A DNA stretch of 63,511 nt, filler included, from Hyphochytrium catenoides (GCA_900088475.1; 11 parts of 11 records of this genome joined end to end with filler, not necessarily neighbours in it); one strand, 5' to 3'. Positions 23,080 through 34,512 are shown, counted from the first letter of the whole stretch. Translations and numbers: made by a program. Notes: a model not told the origin generated them from the letters alone.

Positions 23080-23900
23080 ATAAGCCGTGTACAAGACCTC
23101 CTCTTCCATGCTTTTCGGGACTCTGCTCTCAAAGTCCCCGCGAACCTCGCCACCATTCTTTCGGGCTCCAATCAGAAGCCTGGAGATTTGTTGGTTCGTG
23201 GCTTCTCAACTTGTTATCAGCAAACGGCCTTTGATGATGTGTCCGTCAGTCACGGACTCGCTGTAATCCAGAACCCTTCCTTGTGCAGCAATTCCATGCC
23301 GATTATCAAGGAAGTTTGTCTGAGATAGCGAAGTTGAGGAAGTACGACGAGGGTCCCTGCCCGGCTGTGGGGCTGCAGTTTGTGCCACTCGTCTGGGAGG
23401 GAGGAGTCTTTTGGTGGAGCTATGCCGCGTGTTCTGGACTGTGTGGAACAACTTGTTGTGAAGCTCTCATCAGTGTGATCGTGGCGCTCTGGATCCTTGA
23501 CGGCATTATGGTCATTGGTCTCGGTTGGCCATGGAGAAAATGCGCTTCATTCTTTCTGACGCGTAGTTTCTCGTCAGCGGACCCTGCTCTTGCTTGTTGC
23601 CTGCTGGTTGAGCATAATGATGGTCCCGCTGTTTTTATCACCTTCTCCCACTACTCCTCCTTTTTTTCCTGTTGTTATTACATAGGAAATTGACTATTAT
23701 GATTCTCCTTTCTCTCATACCGCGCGTGAAGAAGAAGAAGGTAGTAGAGTTGATGATGAAGAAGACACCAAGGCTCAATAGCTCATGTTGTCTCTTCTCC
23801 TTCGTCTTCCTCTTCGACTTCTTCTCTTTCTTCTCTTTATAGTTCTATCTTCTTCGTTCTCTTTCTTCTTCTTCTTCGATTCTTGTTCTTCTCTTGCGTG
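23080..23900 (+). mobile_element. Degenerate 5'-truncated CRE-like retrotransposon (RLE domain, acidic tail, TTC-rich end)
   Basis: Frameshifted pieces RVQDLLFHAFRDSAL / SGSNQKPGDLLVRGFSTCYQQTAFD.VSVSH / EIAKLRKY...GLQFVPLVWE align by eye to the RLE at 54366-54988; ...VDDEEDTKAQ* is followed by TTC-rich 23790-23895. Confidence 0.75.
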
Positions 23901-23964
23901 GAATTAGTCCATAATACGTTATTATAACGTTAGGGTTAGCTTTTAATGGCTATAGCAGCTACTA

Positions 23965-24335
23965 CTCAGAAGAAGAGGGGGTAGAAGAAGAAAAAGCAGA
24001 AGAAGAAGAAGATGAAGGAGAAAAACAGGAAGAAGAGGACGAAGAAGAGACAACGAAAAGCTGTAAGCCATGATCTCGTCCTCAGCTCGATCTCCTCCAC
24101 GTTCATCATCAGTAAAGGAAGAAGAACCATAGCTGATCTCCTCAATACTAATAAGGGGAGAACGAGAAGGAGGAGGAGGAGGTGAACCACCATCACCAAC
24201 AATGTCATCGCGAGGCAATCAAGAGAACAGTCCAACTGATCAAGAGGAATACGCTTCTTCAGACTCTGAAGCACATTTTCTTCATGAATTGCCAGAGAGA
24301 CTCTCATGTGAAGGCCTGAAGCCATGGTCAACCAG
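23965..24335 (-). mobile_element. 3' end of CRE-like retrotransposon, tail-to-tail with the previous copy
   Basis: VSLAIHEENVLQSLKKRIP (compare VSLALHEEAARMIVSRL), then GGSPPPPPSRSPLISIEEISYGSSSFTDDERG, then a TTC-rich tail. Confidence 0.75.
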
Positions 24336-24463
24336 CACCATTATTGACCAACAAGATGCCGAGAAGCATCAAGAGAAGAAGAGCGGTCACACTGAAGCTT
24401 CACCAGGTGTCCGACACAATCAACAATTTTCTACTCCGTACAGAAGTATAAAAAGTCATAAGA

Positions 24464-25130
24464 GTGAGAGGTGATAGGGTCTCGCCACGTAGAATTATTG
24501 TGCCTAAATAGATGTTTATAAAACTGAACGGCAAAACATAAGAAAGTTTCATAGAAGAAAAGGAATGAAGAAGAAGATGGAAAGAGGGTAGGAATAATAG
24601 AAGTTAATCCTTTTCGACCGTCTCTACTACTACGACCAAGACTACGACTACTGTTTTATTTCTTAAGAAAAGAGAGGAATACACTTTTCCAAATAAAAGT
24701 GAGAGGTGACAGGGTCTCGCCGCCTTAGAAATATTGACAAAAATATGAATGTTTTATGGAATGAATGCAAAACATAAAAAGCTCCATAGGAGAAAAGGAA
24801 TAAAGATCAAAGCTGAAAGAGGGTAGGAATAGAAGTTCATTCTCTACGACCGTCTCTACTACGACTACTGTATTATAAAAAATATAATGTAAAGAGTGGA
24901 ATACACTTCTTCTTCTTATTCTAATAAAAAAGTGAGAGGTGATAGGGTCTCGCCACATAGAACTATATTGTCCTAAAGAGATGTTTTATAAAATGAATGC
25001 AACCATAAAAAAGTTTCATAGAAGAAAAGGAATAAAGAAGAAGATGGAAAGAGGGTAGGAATAGAAGTTCACCTCTACGACCGTCTCTACTACTACGACT
25101 ACTGTTTTGTATAAAAAAAGAGAGGAATAC
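24464..25130. repeat. ~234-bp tandem repeat, ~2.9 diverged copies
   Basis: gtgagaggtgayagggtctcgcc starts at 24464, 24699 and 24932; shared internal gaaagagggtaggaata and cgaccgtctctactac...ggaatac. Confidence 0.9.
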
Positions 25131-26362
25131 CGGTAGGTACGGGCGGGTTCCTTAGCCGTGTTCTCTTCATGGCTTGGCCGCCAGCCGCCTCGCCCCGCCT
25201 CATCTTCTCTAAAATAACATAACATTTCCTCCTCGTCTACTCTGCAACTTGACTAAAGCCATTTATTTAGCGCTTATTAGTGCTGGGACTGAGGTGAGGG
25301 AACTTCGAACTGAGTCTGATCAACAGAAAGCCATCGGTTCCTTTTTAGCCTTGCTTTTGCTGAACCGGAGTGACTAGCTCCCTTGGACCCGTAAAAACAT
25401 AGGGATTTTATTATAGAAAAAGGCAAGAAAGAACTGAATTTGTTCAGCTCGAGGCTGTTGTCTGGTGGTTGTTTCCTAGTAATAGAACTATTAGTAGTCA
25501 CAGGGAAGTAGACGGACCAAGCAGAAGAGACAGAAGAAGAGGCAAGAATAGAGTCAGAGGAGACAAAGCTGGAGACGACACCAGACAGCTGTACAATTCA
25601 CCATCACCAGACGTCATCGGAGAGACGATGCCAGGACACACTACGGAGGCGGAGCGGACTGGGTAGTAAGACGAAGAAGAAGTGGATGATGCTAGAGACG
25701 AGAGCCGGAAGAGATTGATAGGTCCAGACTGAGAGAGAGAGGGGGACATTTCCGAGACTGAAGAGAGAAGAGGGACTTGGATGTGCACTGGCTAGATTAA
25801 ACATCAAGAGACGACGAGCCACATACGGACAAGGATCAAGCTGTTATATTTCTAAATTTTGGGCCTCTCTCTCCCTTTCCTACGCATTCCGGGCATCCTT
25901 TGCACGTCTTTCCTCCTGGTTGTTATTGCATCCCTCCTTCCTCTACCAGCTAACGTCATCTACTCCTCGCCCTACGTTTTGCCGGGCGAGCTTAATCTCC
26001 TTCAACTTCCTTCCCCTATTCCGTCTCTCTCACCAAAGCAAGCTTTGCTTTTTGGCCGTCTCTGTCTTGCACAGATACTCTAGTCTCTATGCTACCGCAC
26101 ATGACGGCAGCTACTGCTCCGTGCAGGGACTGGGCGGTAGCATCTAGATCTGCCTTCTCGCTCTCCTCTGTCTTACCGCTGGCTATCAAGCTTCTATTCT
26201 CTCACAGTCACTTTTTCCAGGGCTGTTCATCATCATAAATATTACTTAGGAACATCGCGGCAGTTTGCCAGCCTTCTTTGCTCTCTACCAATCTCACATT
26301 TGCTTCCTCTTCTGCGCGACTCTACAAGTTGCCGCTGCTGGTCCTTAAGCAGCACGGGATTT

Positions 26363-28411
26363 ATGGCGAGAACGGGGCCTTACAATGGGCTTATGGTCCC
26401 TTGGTGCTTTCTCTTTCTTTGCTTAGCTGCTTCTTCCTTTTTACCTTTCCTTGGGACAGCTACTCCGTCTGCTCTCGTCCCTGAGAGCGGCCAGCAGAGA
26501 TCATCCTCGTCTCCCTCTCTTCCTGCTGTCTCTCACTCAATTCAATCATCTCCCCTAACTCCTTCTTCTTCCTTGTCTTACCTTCGGAAGGAGAGGAAAC
26601 TCTTATCTAAAGCTCCAACAAGGAGAGAAGGAAGCAGAGCGTTGTCCGGAAGGCGAGGCGGGGGACAGCATGCTAATGCACATCCGGGTATCTCTCGCGT
26701 CAAAGGGCCCAGAACAGAGGGAAAGAATATCAGAAAGCGCCATCCTGGTAGCTCTCCCGTCAAACGGACCAGAACAGCGAGAACGAGGATCAGAAAGCAC
26801 CATCCTCAGGCACCTTTGACTATTAAACGGACGGGACAGAACCCGCAGCAACGCGATGTGAGAGACCCAGTACTTGGGCAAACCGACGACTTCGAAGCGC
26901 TTCTCTCAAATCTCTTTAGGTCCGATAGCCCGAGAGCTACTTCTGCTCCGGATCCTATCGAAGATGCTCTCCGGGTAACGGACCCGTCAAAGCTTTCATT
27001 GGACACACAGGACATTCCCGAGCTTCCTCTCGACTTCTATGGCGGTCACAACCATCAGACTGCTGCTGCTGCAGATCCTGGTCACTCTTCTCACACGCAA
27101 CATGCGGGGAGCAAGAGAAAAAACGAACTGCCCTCCGAAGCATCGAACAAAAAGCCCCATCACGGACCAGCAATTGTCGACAACGGCAACCCAGAGGTTG
27201 GACACCAACCTCCTCTTAGAGGAGGAGAGAGAGGGGAAGAGGAAGAAGCCTTCTGGAATCTTCCTAGCGAGGACGAAGAAGGCGGCCTCTTGTCGTATCT
27301 CCTTCAGGATGACAACCTGCCAGGGCACTCTGGAGCTCCTTCCAGATCCGATGATCCGTCCCTCATAAACCCGAAACCCATCGAGGATGTTGATCCTATC
27401 GAAGAACTTCTTATGAATCAAGCGAACACGAGGCTTCCGGGCGACATTGAAGAATCGTTTCAGAAGCTTGACATTCCAGGGCTTCCTCTAGACTTCCCGG
27501 GACCTCAAAGAGGGTTTGATCAAGGCTTGCAAGAAGTCCCTGCCATTCAGGCACAGAAAGGGATGAAGGCTGATGCGGACCCCGAAGGAATCGCACCAAG
27601 AGATGGAGGAGGAGCTGCTGAGTCACAGCCTGATATCCTGGGGCAAATGGCAGCTACTCAGATGCGACTGGATGCCTTTCTGGCTCATACGCCTGATCCT
27701 CAAAGTGTCCCCAAGGGGGCCGGGCGGCAGGCCAAGGAGTTGATAGAACGACGACAACAGTTAGAAGCTAGGTTGAAGCAAGAAGCCATTAACAGGATTG
27801 AAAGGTCATCTTCTAAGCTAAAAGATCCGAGTATGTCCAGGCCTGATCTAGTTTGGAAGGAAATTGGTACGATCCTGTCTGAGCATGAGAAGATGCTGGA
27901 GTATCTACCAAAGAGGCGTCGTTATCAGACTTTGGCAGACTTTGAGGAGCTTATCTCTAAATATTCGCCACAGGATATCACGGCGTACCTCACCCAGACC
28001 AAGCAGTGGAGCGTAGACTTTAGAGAGAGTATTGTGAAGCTTGCGGAGAGGATTCAAATCGAGAGCAAGTACTCCAGTCGTCTTCTCCGTAAGTTCCTGG
28101 AGCTCCAGGAGAGAGAGAGAAGCCACAACCTCAGGGTGGTTCCCAAAGAGGCAGAGAGACCAACTGTCAAGCAGTTGGAGGAGGAGTGGAAACGACAGCA
28201 AGCCCAGAGAGATCAAATGAGTACGATGCTGGACACGCTGGAACGCTGGGAAAGCGAGGCGCTCTTGAAAGGTTCAAAGACAGACGACCGCGCGAAGTCA
28301 CAAAATAAGCTGCTGCAGACAGTTGTCCGCAGAGCCAACTGGGAGGCCGGGATGCGGTCAAAGAGCGCTAAAGGCGCTTGGGAAAAGGCAAGGAGAGGAG
28401 AGTTGCCTTAG
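26363..28411 (+). CDS. Intronless orphan secreted-like protein with basic repeats, NLS-like motif, acidic disordered middle and helical C-terminus (~682 aa)
   Basis: 703-codon open frame, first ATG at 26363; hydrophobic WCFLFLCLAASSFLPFLG; internal repeats; no family recognised. Confidence 0.8.
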   Translation: MARTGPYNGLMVPWCFLFLCLAASSFLPFLGTATPSALVPESGQQRSSSSPSLPAVSHSIQSSPLTPSSSLSYLRKERKLLSKAPTRREGSRALSGRRGGGQHANAHPGISRVKGPRTEGKNIRKRHPGSSPVKRTRTARTRIRKHHPQAPLTIKRTGQNPQQRDVRDPVLGQTDDFEALLSNLFRSDSPRATSAPDPIEDALRVTDPSKLSLDTQDIPELPLDFYGGHNHQTAAAADPGHSSHTQHAGSKRKNELPSEASNKKPHHGPAIVDNGNPEVGHQPPLRGGERGEEEEAFWNLPSEDEEGGLLSYLLQDDNLPGHSGAPSRSDDPSLINPKPIEDVDPIEELLMNQANTRLPGDIEESFQKLDIPGLPLDFPGPQRGFDQGLQEVPAIQAQKGMKADADPEGIAPRDGGGAAESQPDILGQMAATQMRLDAFLAHTPDPQSVPKGAGRQAKELIERRQQLEARLKQEAINRIERSSSKLKDPSMSRPDLVWKEIGTILSEHEKMLEYLPKRRRYQTLADFEELISKYSPQDITAYLTQTKQWSVDFRESIVKLAERIQIESKYSSRLLRKFLELQERERSHNLRVVPKEAERPTVKQLEEEWKRQQAQRDQMSTMLDTLERWESEALLKGSKTDDRAKSQNKLLQTVVRRANWEAGMRSKSAKGAWEKARRGELP

Positions 28412-29039
28412 CGAAGAATAGAGTCACTTTGTGTATGATTATACGGGTGATACTTCACGTTGTACTATGGCTGCGTCTATCGCACTCTCTTTCTTCATCT
28501 CACCATCACGTGCTAGTTTAGAAAATTGTGAATTGCATATCTCCTTTCTCTCTTGACCTCTCCGTCTCTCCTCGGCAGCGAGTCTTAGTACTAGAGAACA
28601 AGGACTTAGTAGTGGTCCTTCTTCCTCTCCCGCCAACGTGACTCTTTCTTTTATATTAGCTTTTCATAGAGGTTGGGATCTCCCAAGCGAAGGAATTTGG
28701 TGCATTCCAGCACTAATCGATGCGTCCACGTAGGATAATAAGATATTAACAGGCAATGATGATGGTGCTTGGGGAAGAGCAGCTGGTAGGACCTACCTCT
28801 CAGATAATAAGTGAAACAAAACAGCAGGAAAAGGTCACCAAACGAAGGGCTGGGTACAATCCTATCTCTGTTCATCAGCTCCCTCGGTCGTTGTACATCT
28901 ATCATATCTTCAAAGTTGGGAGAGGATGGTGCGGTCAATGCTGAACAGAGCAGACGCCGCGAAGGCTAGATGGGTTTACTACTATCTATTACGTTATCCT
29001 CATCAACCAACTCGTTTACCCTGTATTCCTCCGGTTTAA

Positions 29040-29165
29040 CAAGAAGAGCAGGAGCGGTAGATGATGCGCCGAGGACATTATTGTCATCAACATACCTGAC
29101 GAGGCAAGCAAATGAAGGGTTCAGCTGCAAGAGGAATATGCTTCAGAATCTGAAGCGCATTTTTT
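29040..29165 (-). mobile_element. Inverted short fragment of the CRE-like 3' region
   Basis: caagaggaatatgcttcagaatctgaagcgcatttt matches 24241-24280 and is the reverse complement of the segment at ~29440-29510. Confidence 0.55.
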
Positions 29166-29726
29166 ATATCAAAGGTCGTTTGTCTGAAAAAGTAAAGCTG
29201 AAGAAGTATGAGGCTCCTTGTAAGGCTGTAGGGCTGCAGTGTTCCCCGCTAGTTTTGGAGTCGTCTGGGAGAGCATTGCCGAATGTCGTTGATAGTGTAA
29301 GACATCTGGTGGTGAAGCTTCCGTGTGACCGCTCTTTCTGCTCTTGATGCTTCTGTCTCGGCATCTTAGTCAGTGGTCCCGTTTGGCCATGGCTTCACGC
29401 CTTCATCACACGAGAACCTCTAAGGCGATTCATGAAGGACATGCACTTCAGATTCTGAAAAAACGTATTCCGCTAAAGCAGCTGGGCATTTCGCTTGCTG
29501 CTCGCTTGCCTCGCGGCGGTTGATGATAAGGGCATTGTGGTTGGTGGCTCTTCTCCTCTTCCTCCTCGTTGTCCCCTTAACGTTACTACTGAGGAGATCA
29601 GCTATGATTCTTCCTTAAGTGATGATGAGTGTGGAGGAGATCAAGGTGAGGATGAGACCAAGCCGTTATAGCTTTTCTTGTCTCTTCTTCTTCTTCCTCT
29701 TTCTCTTCCTCTTCTTCTTCTTTTTT
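29165..29726 (+). mobile_element. Degenerate 5'-truncated CRE-like retrotransposon
   Basis: EKVKLKKYEAPCKAVGLQCSPLVLESSG...IHEGHALQILKKRIP...TTEEISYDSSLSDDECGGDQGEDETKPL*, followed by a TTC-rich tail. Confidence 0.75.
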
Positions 29727-31476
29727 GCTATGGAATAGAGTTTAATACTTCCTTTTAGAAAGTAAAAGGTCAATAAACAGCATAAGAAGAAGAATATCTA
29801 TAAAATTAGAAGGACCGCCAACATTACTCGCTTTATCTACAAAAGAAAGCTAAGCCAATGCATAAAGATACCCAGCGTAAAAAAACGACCAGAGCTATAG
29901 CAAAATAAAAGAGACAGGCGGGACCAATAAAATAAAGGCATCGGGTGAAAAAGAGCTAGAGGGTGTACCGAATCTAATGGCCCACGAAAAAGGAAGAGAA
30001 GGACCGAGAACTAGAAAAGACGGACAGAAACTAAATAGAAGAAGATGCAGAGAAGGAGAAAGAAGCACGGAAGAGAGAGAGGACAAGGGGAAACAAGAGG
30101 ACGGAGGAAGAGAGCTTGAAGTGAGGAGACAGAGTGTGTATAGCAGAAATTAGCGCTACCGTTTTACGCTTTTTACTGTAGAAAGAGACGGGACAATTTA
30201 AAAGCGAAACAGTAGTGGCAATCACTAAATAAATAAGGAGAGAGGAGGAAACTATAGAAGGAGAGAGACAGAAGTTCTAAAGGCAAGAGGGAGGAAAAGA
30301 TATATGGAGAGAGAGACAAATCGAGAGAGAGCCAGACAGAGCCAGGGTAGGAGAAGATTGACTTCCTCTCTTCATGATTGTGAAGGTAGTGCTACACAGC
30401 TCGCGTTGAAGAAAAGATGTAGATTCCTCTTTTCCTCTCGTCGAATGGGCAACAGACATTCCGGTTCCTCCGAGTGACGAAAGAAGACAGCAAGAGAGGA
30501 GAGAGAGAACGAGGGGAGAGAGAAAGAGAGAGTAGGAGAGAGAGAGAGAGAGAGTGGGAGGGAGGGAAAGACAGAGAGAGAGAGAGCAGTATCAAGCCAG
30601 GAGTGAGCATAATACGACAGAAAACAGCTACGAAAGACAGAAGAAGAGAAGCCGGTCGATGCCAATAATTTAAGGGACGCGGATCTTCAACATGGAAACG
30701 AGAAGAGCAACAGAGCAATGATGCGGAGTGTCTTTCTTTTCTCTTCCACGTCTTTTTCTTGCCCATTGTAGCCTGCCCTACTTGTCGTTCGTACCTGCCC
30801 TTCTTGTCTTTCGTACCTCTCCCCGGTCGTTCCTTCAATTTTTTCACAAGACTCTCTCTCTGTCGTGCCTCTCTTCTCTCTCTCTCCTGTCTCTTCCTCT
30901 CCCGTTTTCTCTCTCTCTACACACTCTCTCTCTCTCCACTCCCCCTTCTCTCTCTGGCCTCTCCTTCTCTCTCTTGGTCCTCTTCTCTCTGCTTTCTGTA
31001 AAAACTCCTTCCTCGGTAGTAATTGAGTCTCAGGACCTTTTACTAATATTTTGAGGAAAAGAACTTTGCCGCTTTGCTCGCCCTTCTCTCTTTCTCTTTC
31101 TCTTTTTCGCTCTCTCTCCCTCTCTCTCGCTCTCTCTCGCTCCCTCTCTCTCTCTCTCTCTCTCTCTCTTCTTTTTCTGTTCTCTAATGAGCGTTTGCAT
31201 TGTCCTCTCATCTCCTGCAGGTCAAAAATGTTCTTTCTTCTTCCCCCAAAAAGGAAGTGGATGGCTTGACCTTCTCCCCCGCCGCGCCGGTCCATCCCGT
31301 CCTGCTGCTGTCATTATACGTTGTAAGAAGTCCGTCACTCTCTCTCCTCTCTCCCTCCACGCGCGCGGCACCAATCTCCCTCTTCTCCTACTGGTTAAGA
31401 AAGGAATCTGACTGTCTCCTCTCTCCCTCATCATTTCGCTCTCATAAAGCACTTAAGAGTGTTCTTTGTGAAGAAG

Positions 31477-32445
31477 ATGGGCGGCGTGTTGGCAGTGTCT
31501 CTCCTCCAGTCCTTCCCTCTTTTTTCATTCTTCCTGGTCCTAGGGTTGTCTCTCTTGGTCTCTCCCTTGGACGGCAGCGTGATTACCGCTGTGCAAGGAA
31601 AGACTCAGACAACTTCTTCTTCTCCTCTCTTCTCTCCTTCTCTCTCGATCGCTGCAGCGTCTCCAGTCCCGGCATTGCGCGCCTCTCTTCGTCTTCGAGA
31701 AAGGCATCTCTTCTCCCTACGATCCGAAGCACGGAGGCCAAGATATGCTGAGGAAAGGGTTGACCAGAGAAGTGAAGAAAACCTAGAGAGAACAGAGAGA
31801 GGGACAGTGGCAGGAGAGAAGAGAGCTCTTTCAGGAAGGTTGGGATGGAGAGCAGCAGGATATCTTCTTGTACAAGGCAACCAACCCTCGCATCCTCTCT
31901 CCCCAGCGGGGAAGAGGGCGAATACTCCTTCCGTGAATGATCCTGCAGTTTCTCGTTTCCTTGATAGACACAAGGCCAGCAGCCAAAATAGAGAAGTGAA
32001 AGGACAACCAGCAGTGTCAGGAGATGCAGCGCAAGGAAGAGAAACAAATGTTAACGAGCAGTATCGGAAGCAGCAGCAGCAGAAGAAGGAGAAAGAGCTC
32101 AACAACGCCATGAAAGAAGGGCAACAAGCAGAGAAGACACAGAATAATGAGTTCCTGCGCCCTCTCTCTCAGAAGGAACAGCAGGAGAGTGGAGAGCCAG
32201 TCAGTGTCCCATCTTGGCTGAAATATAGCACAGCAGGAGCAGCAAGAGGAGAGACACAGATTTGGACAGCAGCGCACAACCTTCGAAAGGCTGCTCTTCG
32301 GCAAGCAGCGCTTCAGGGACTTAAGGACCGTAGAGAGGAACTGAGCTGGAGAGAGTTTTCTCAGAGGATAGCGTCGGGACTTGAGGAGAAAGGAGGAAGA
32401 GAAGTACCAGATTTCCCGTCTTTTGAAGAAGGAGGGCAGAAATAG
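31477..32445 (+). CDS. Intronless orphan secreted-like protein (~322 aa)
   Basis: Open frame with first ATG at 31477; hydrophobic FPLFSFFLVLGLSLLVSP; Gln/Glu/Lys-rich helical C-terminal half. Confidence 0.65.
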   Translation: MGGVLAVSLLQSFPLFSFFLVLGLSLLVSPLDGSVITAVQGKTQTTSSSPLFSPSLSIAAASPVPALRASLRLRERHLFSLRSEARRPRYAEERVDQRSEENLERTERGTVAGEKRALSGRLGWRAAGYLLVQGNQPSHPLSPAGKRANTPSVNDPAVSRFLDRHKASSQNREVKGQPAVSGDAAQGRETNVNEQYRKQQQQKKEKELNNAMKEGQQAEKTQNNEFLRPLSQKEQQESGEPVSVPSWLKYSTAGAARGETQIWTAAHNLRKAALRQAALQGLKDRREELSWREFSQRIASGLEEKGGREVPDFPSFEEGGQK

Positions 32446-32513
32446 AGGTGTACCATGGTAGGGACGCACGCTGAAAGAGAAAGAGAGAAGACATGCGCGA
32501 CTTCCCCCTCTTC

Positions 32514-32554
<41 letters not shown>

Positions 32555-32555
32555 C

Positions 32556-32593
<38 letters not shown>

Positions 32594-32820
32594 GTTCCCT
32601 CTATTGTCTTGCCTTCTTCCTCGTCCAACACTTGGTCTCTCTTTCTCTCTTTCTGAAGGAAGGAGGTTGGGCAGAGAAAGATAGGGGACGGCTTGAGGCT
32701 AACCGTGGCGGAGTGATAACGAAAACTTCTGATCCAAAGCCATAGCCTCCGCATTTTCTGTTGAGTAACAACAAGGAAGAAAGAAAGAATGAAGGAGAGA
32801 GAGAGAGAGAGGCAGAGAAA

Positions 32821-32893
32821 GAGAGAGGGAGTAACGAGAGAGAGGGAGTAACGAGAGAGAGGGAGTAACGAGAGAGAGGGAGTAACGAGAGAA
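32821..32893. repeat. 17-bp minisatellite (GGGAGTAACGAGAGAGA) x4
   Basis: Seen directly. Confidence 0.9.
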
Positions 32894-33484
32894 AGGGAGA
32901 AAAGAGAGAGAGAAAAAGATGCCAAAATTGTAGCTAAGGAGAGTCACTTTCTGCAAAACTCTTCTCTGCAGCAATGCGCTTGAAGGAGAGAAGAGAAAAG
33001 GTGATAAGAAAAAGAAACTTTCTCCTTCTCGATGACGGACAAAAGCCAGGACAAAAAAAAAAGAGAGAGAGAGAGAGAAACCACTGCTTCTTTTTTCTAA
33101 TGAATTGTCTACCACTGAAGGAGAGAGAGAAGAGGAAGGTGGCTATGGAGGAGCTCTTCTTACCTCCTATGGGTCTTGAGATGAAAGCCTGTTCGTGGTG
33201 AGAGACAAGGCAACAAAACGAGAGGGAACGGGGGAGAGAAATCGGGAGAGAGAGAGAGAGACCAGAGGCATAGACTACTGGTCATTATATTTCTAGATGG
33301 CTGCCCACCTAAGCCATTCGACATGCTTTTACATGATGTCATTCACTCACTCGCGCTTCCTCTCTTCCCCTCTTTCTCTCTTTCTCTCTCTTTCTCTCTC
33401 TCTCTTTCTCTCTCTCTCTCCCTCTTTCTCTCTCTCTCTCCCTCTTTCTCTTTCTCTCTCTCTCTTTCTCTCTCTCTCCCTCTT

Positions 33485-33515
<31 letters not shown>

Positions 33516-33763
33516 TTCTCTCTCTTCCTCACTCTTTCTCACTCTTCCTCACTCTTTCTCACTCTTCCTCACTCTTCCTCTCTCTTTCTCTCTCTTCCTC
33601 ACTCTCTTTCTCTCTCTCTCTCTCCCTGTCTTTCTCTTTGTCTTTCTTGGTCCCTCTTTCAGTTCTGATGTTATAAATAGTTCACCAGTCGTTGTTGGAG
33701 AGAAACCGTTAACGCTGTCGTCAACAGGCTGAAGTTTGAAGACAGCCAGTGAGAACGAAAGAA

Positions 33764-33798
<35 letters not shown>

Positions 33799-34512
33799 AA
33801 GAGAAAGGAGGAAGAAAGAAGCCCCCAACAAACAAAAGGAAGAAGAGGAAGAACCCAAAGCAGCAGCGAAACATAAGGCAGCCATAATATATCCTGGCTG
33901 TCGGTCCAGCAGAAGAGAAACTGATACTCCGGGACCAGGAAGAGAAAGGCGTCTTGCGACCCAAATGCCGCGAGACGAAAAGGAGGAGAGAGGGGATGAG
34001 AAGCTGCTACTGTCAGACAGAGGGAAGACAGAGAGACAGGAGTCTAGCAGGGGAGAAGAGACACCTTGGGAGCGAGTGAGTGGAAAGTCGCCGCGCGAGA
34101 GAGGGAGAGAGAGAGGGAGAGAGAGAGAGAGACATATCCCATACCAAGGTCGTAAGGGGTCGAGGTAGTATAGAAAGGGACAAACGGGACAAGAGTTCAT
34201 ATTATTGTAGAGAAAGAGAGAGAGAGGAGGGAGAAAGAGAAGAGCACGGAGGAGAAGACTGCCAGGAAAGAGGCGAGAGAGGATGGCCCCGTAAGCACTA
34301 CGCAAGACAGAGAGAAGGAAAAGGGCAGAGAGAGAGAGCGAGAAGAAAGCGAAGCGAACAGGAGTGCCAAACGAAAAAGCACTGAAAATACACTGAGCGA
34401 GGAGAGCGAGAAGGGACGACAAAAAAGGCAGAGAGCGCGAGTGAAGAGGAAGAGAGAGGAACGAAAAGGGCATGAGGAAAAGAGAGAGCAGACGAAGAGA
34501 GAGAAACAGAGC

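Noticed and set aside
23929-23940. TTAGGG telomeric target for the CRE elements
   Set aside because: Fewer than two repeat units, and not seen at the other copies.
25135-25200. GC-rich hairpin (AGCCGTG/CATGGCT) with GGCTAA resembling an HDV-like ribozyme P4-J4/2
   Set aside because: Could not build P1, P3 and L3 on the same strand; insufficient support.
32821-32893. Regularly spaced repeat as a CRISPR array
   Set aside because: Head-to-tail 17-bp minisatellite with no unique spacers and no cas genes.
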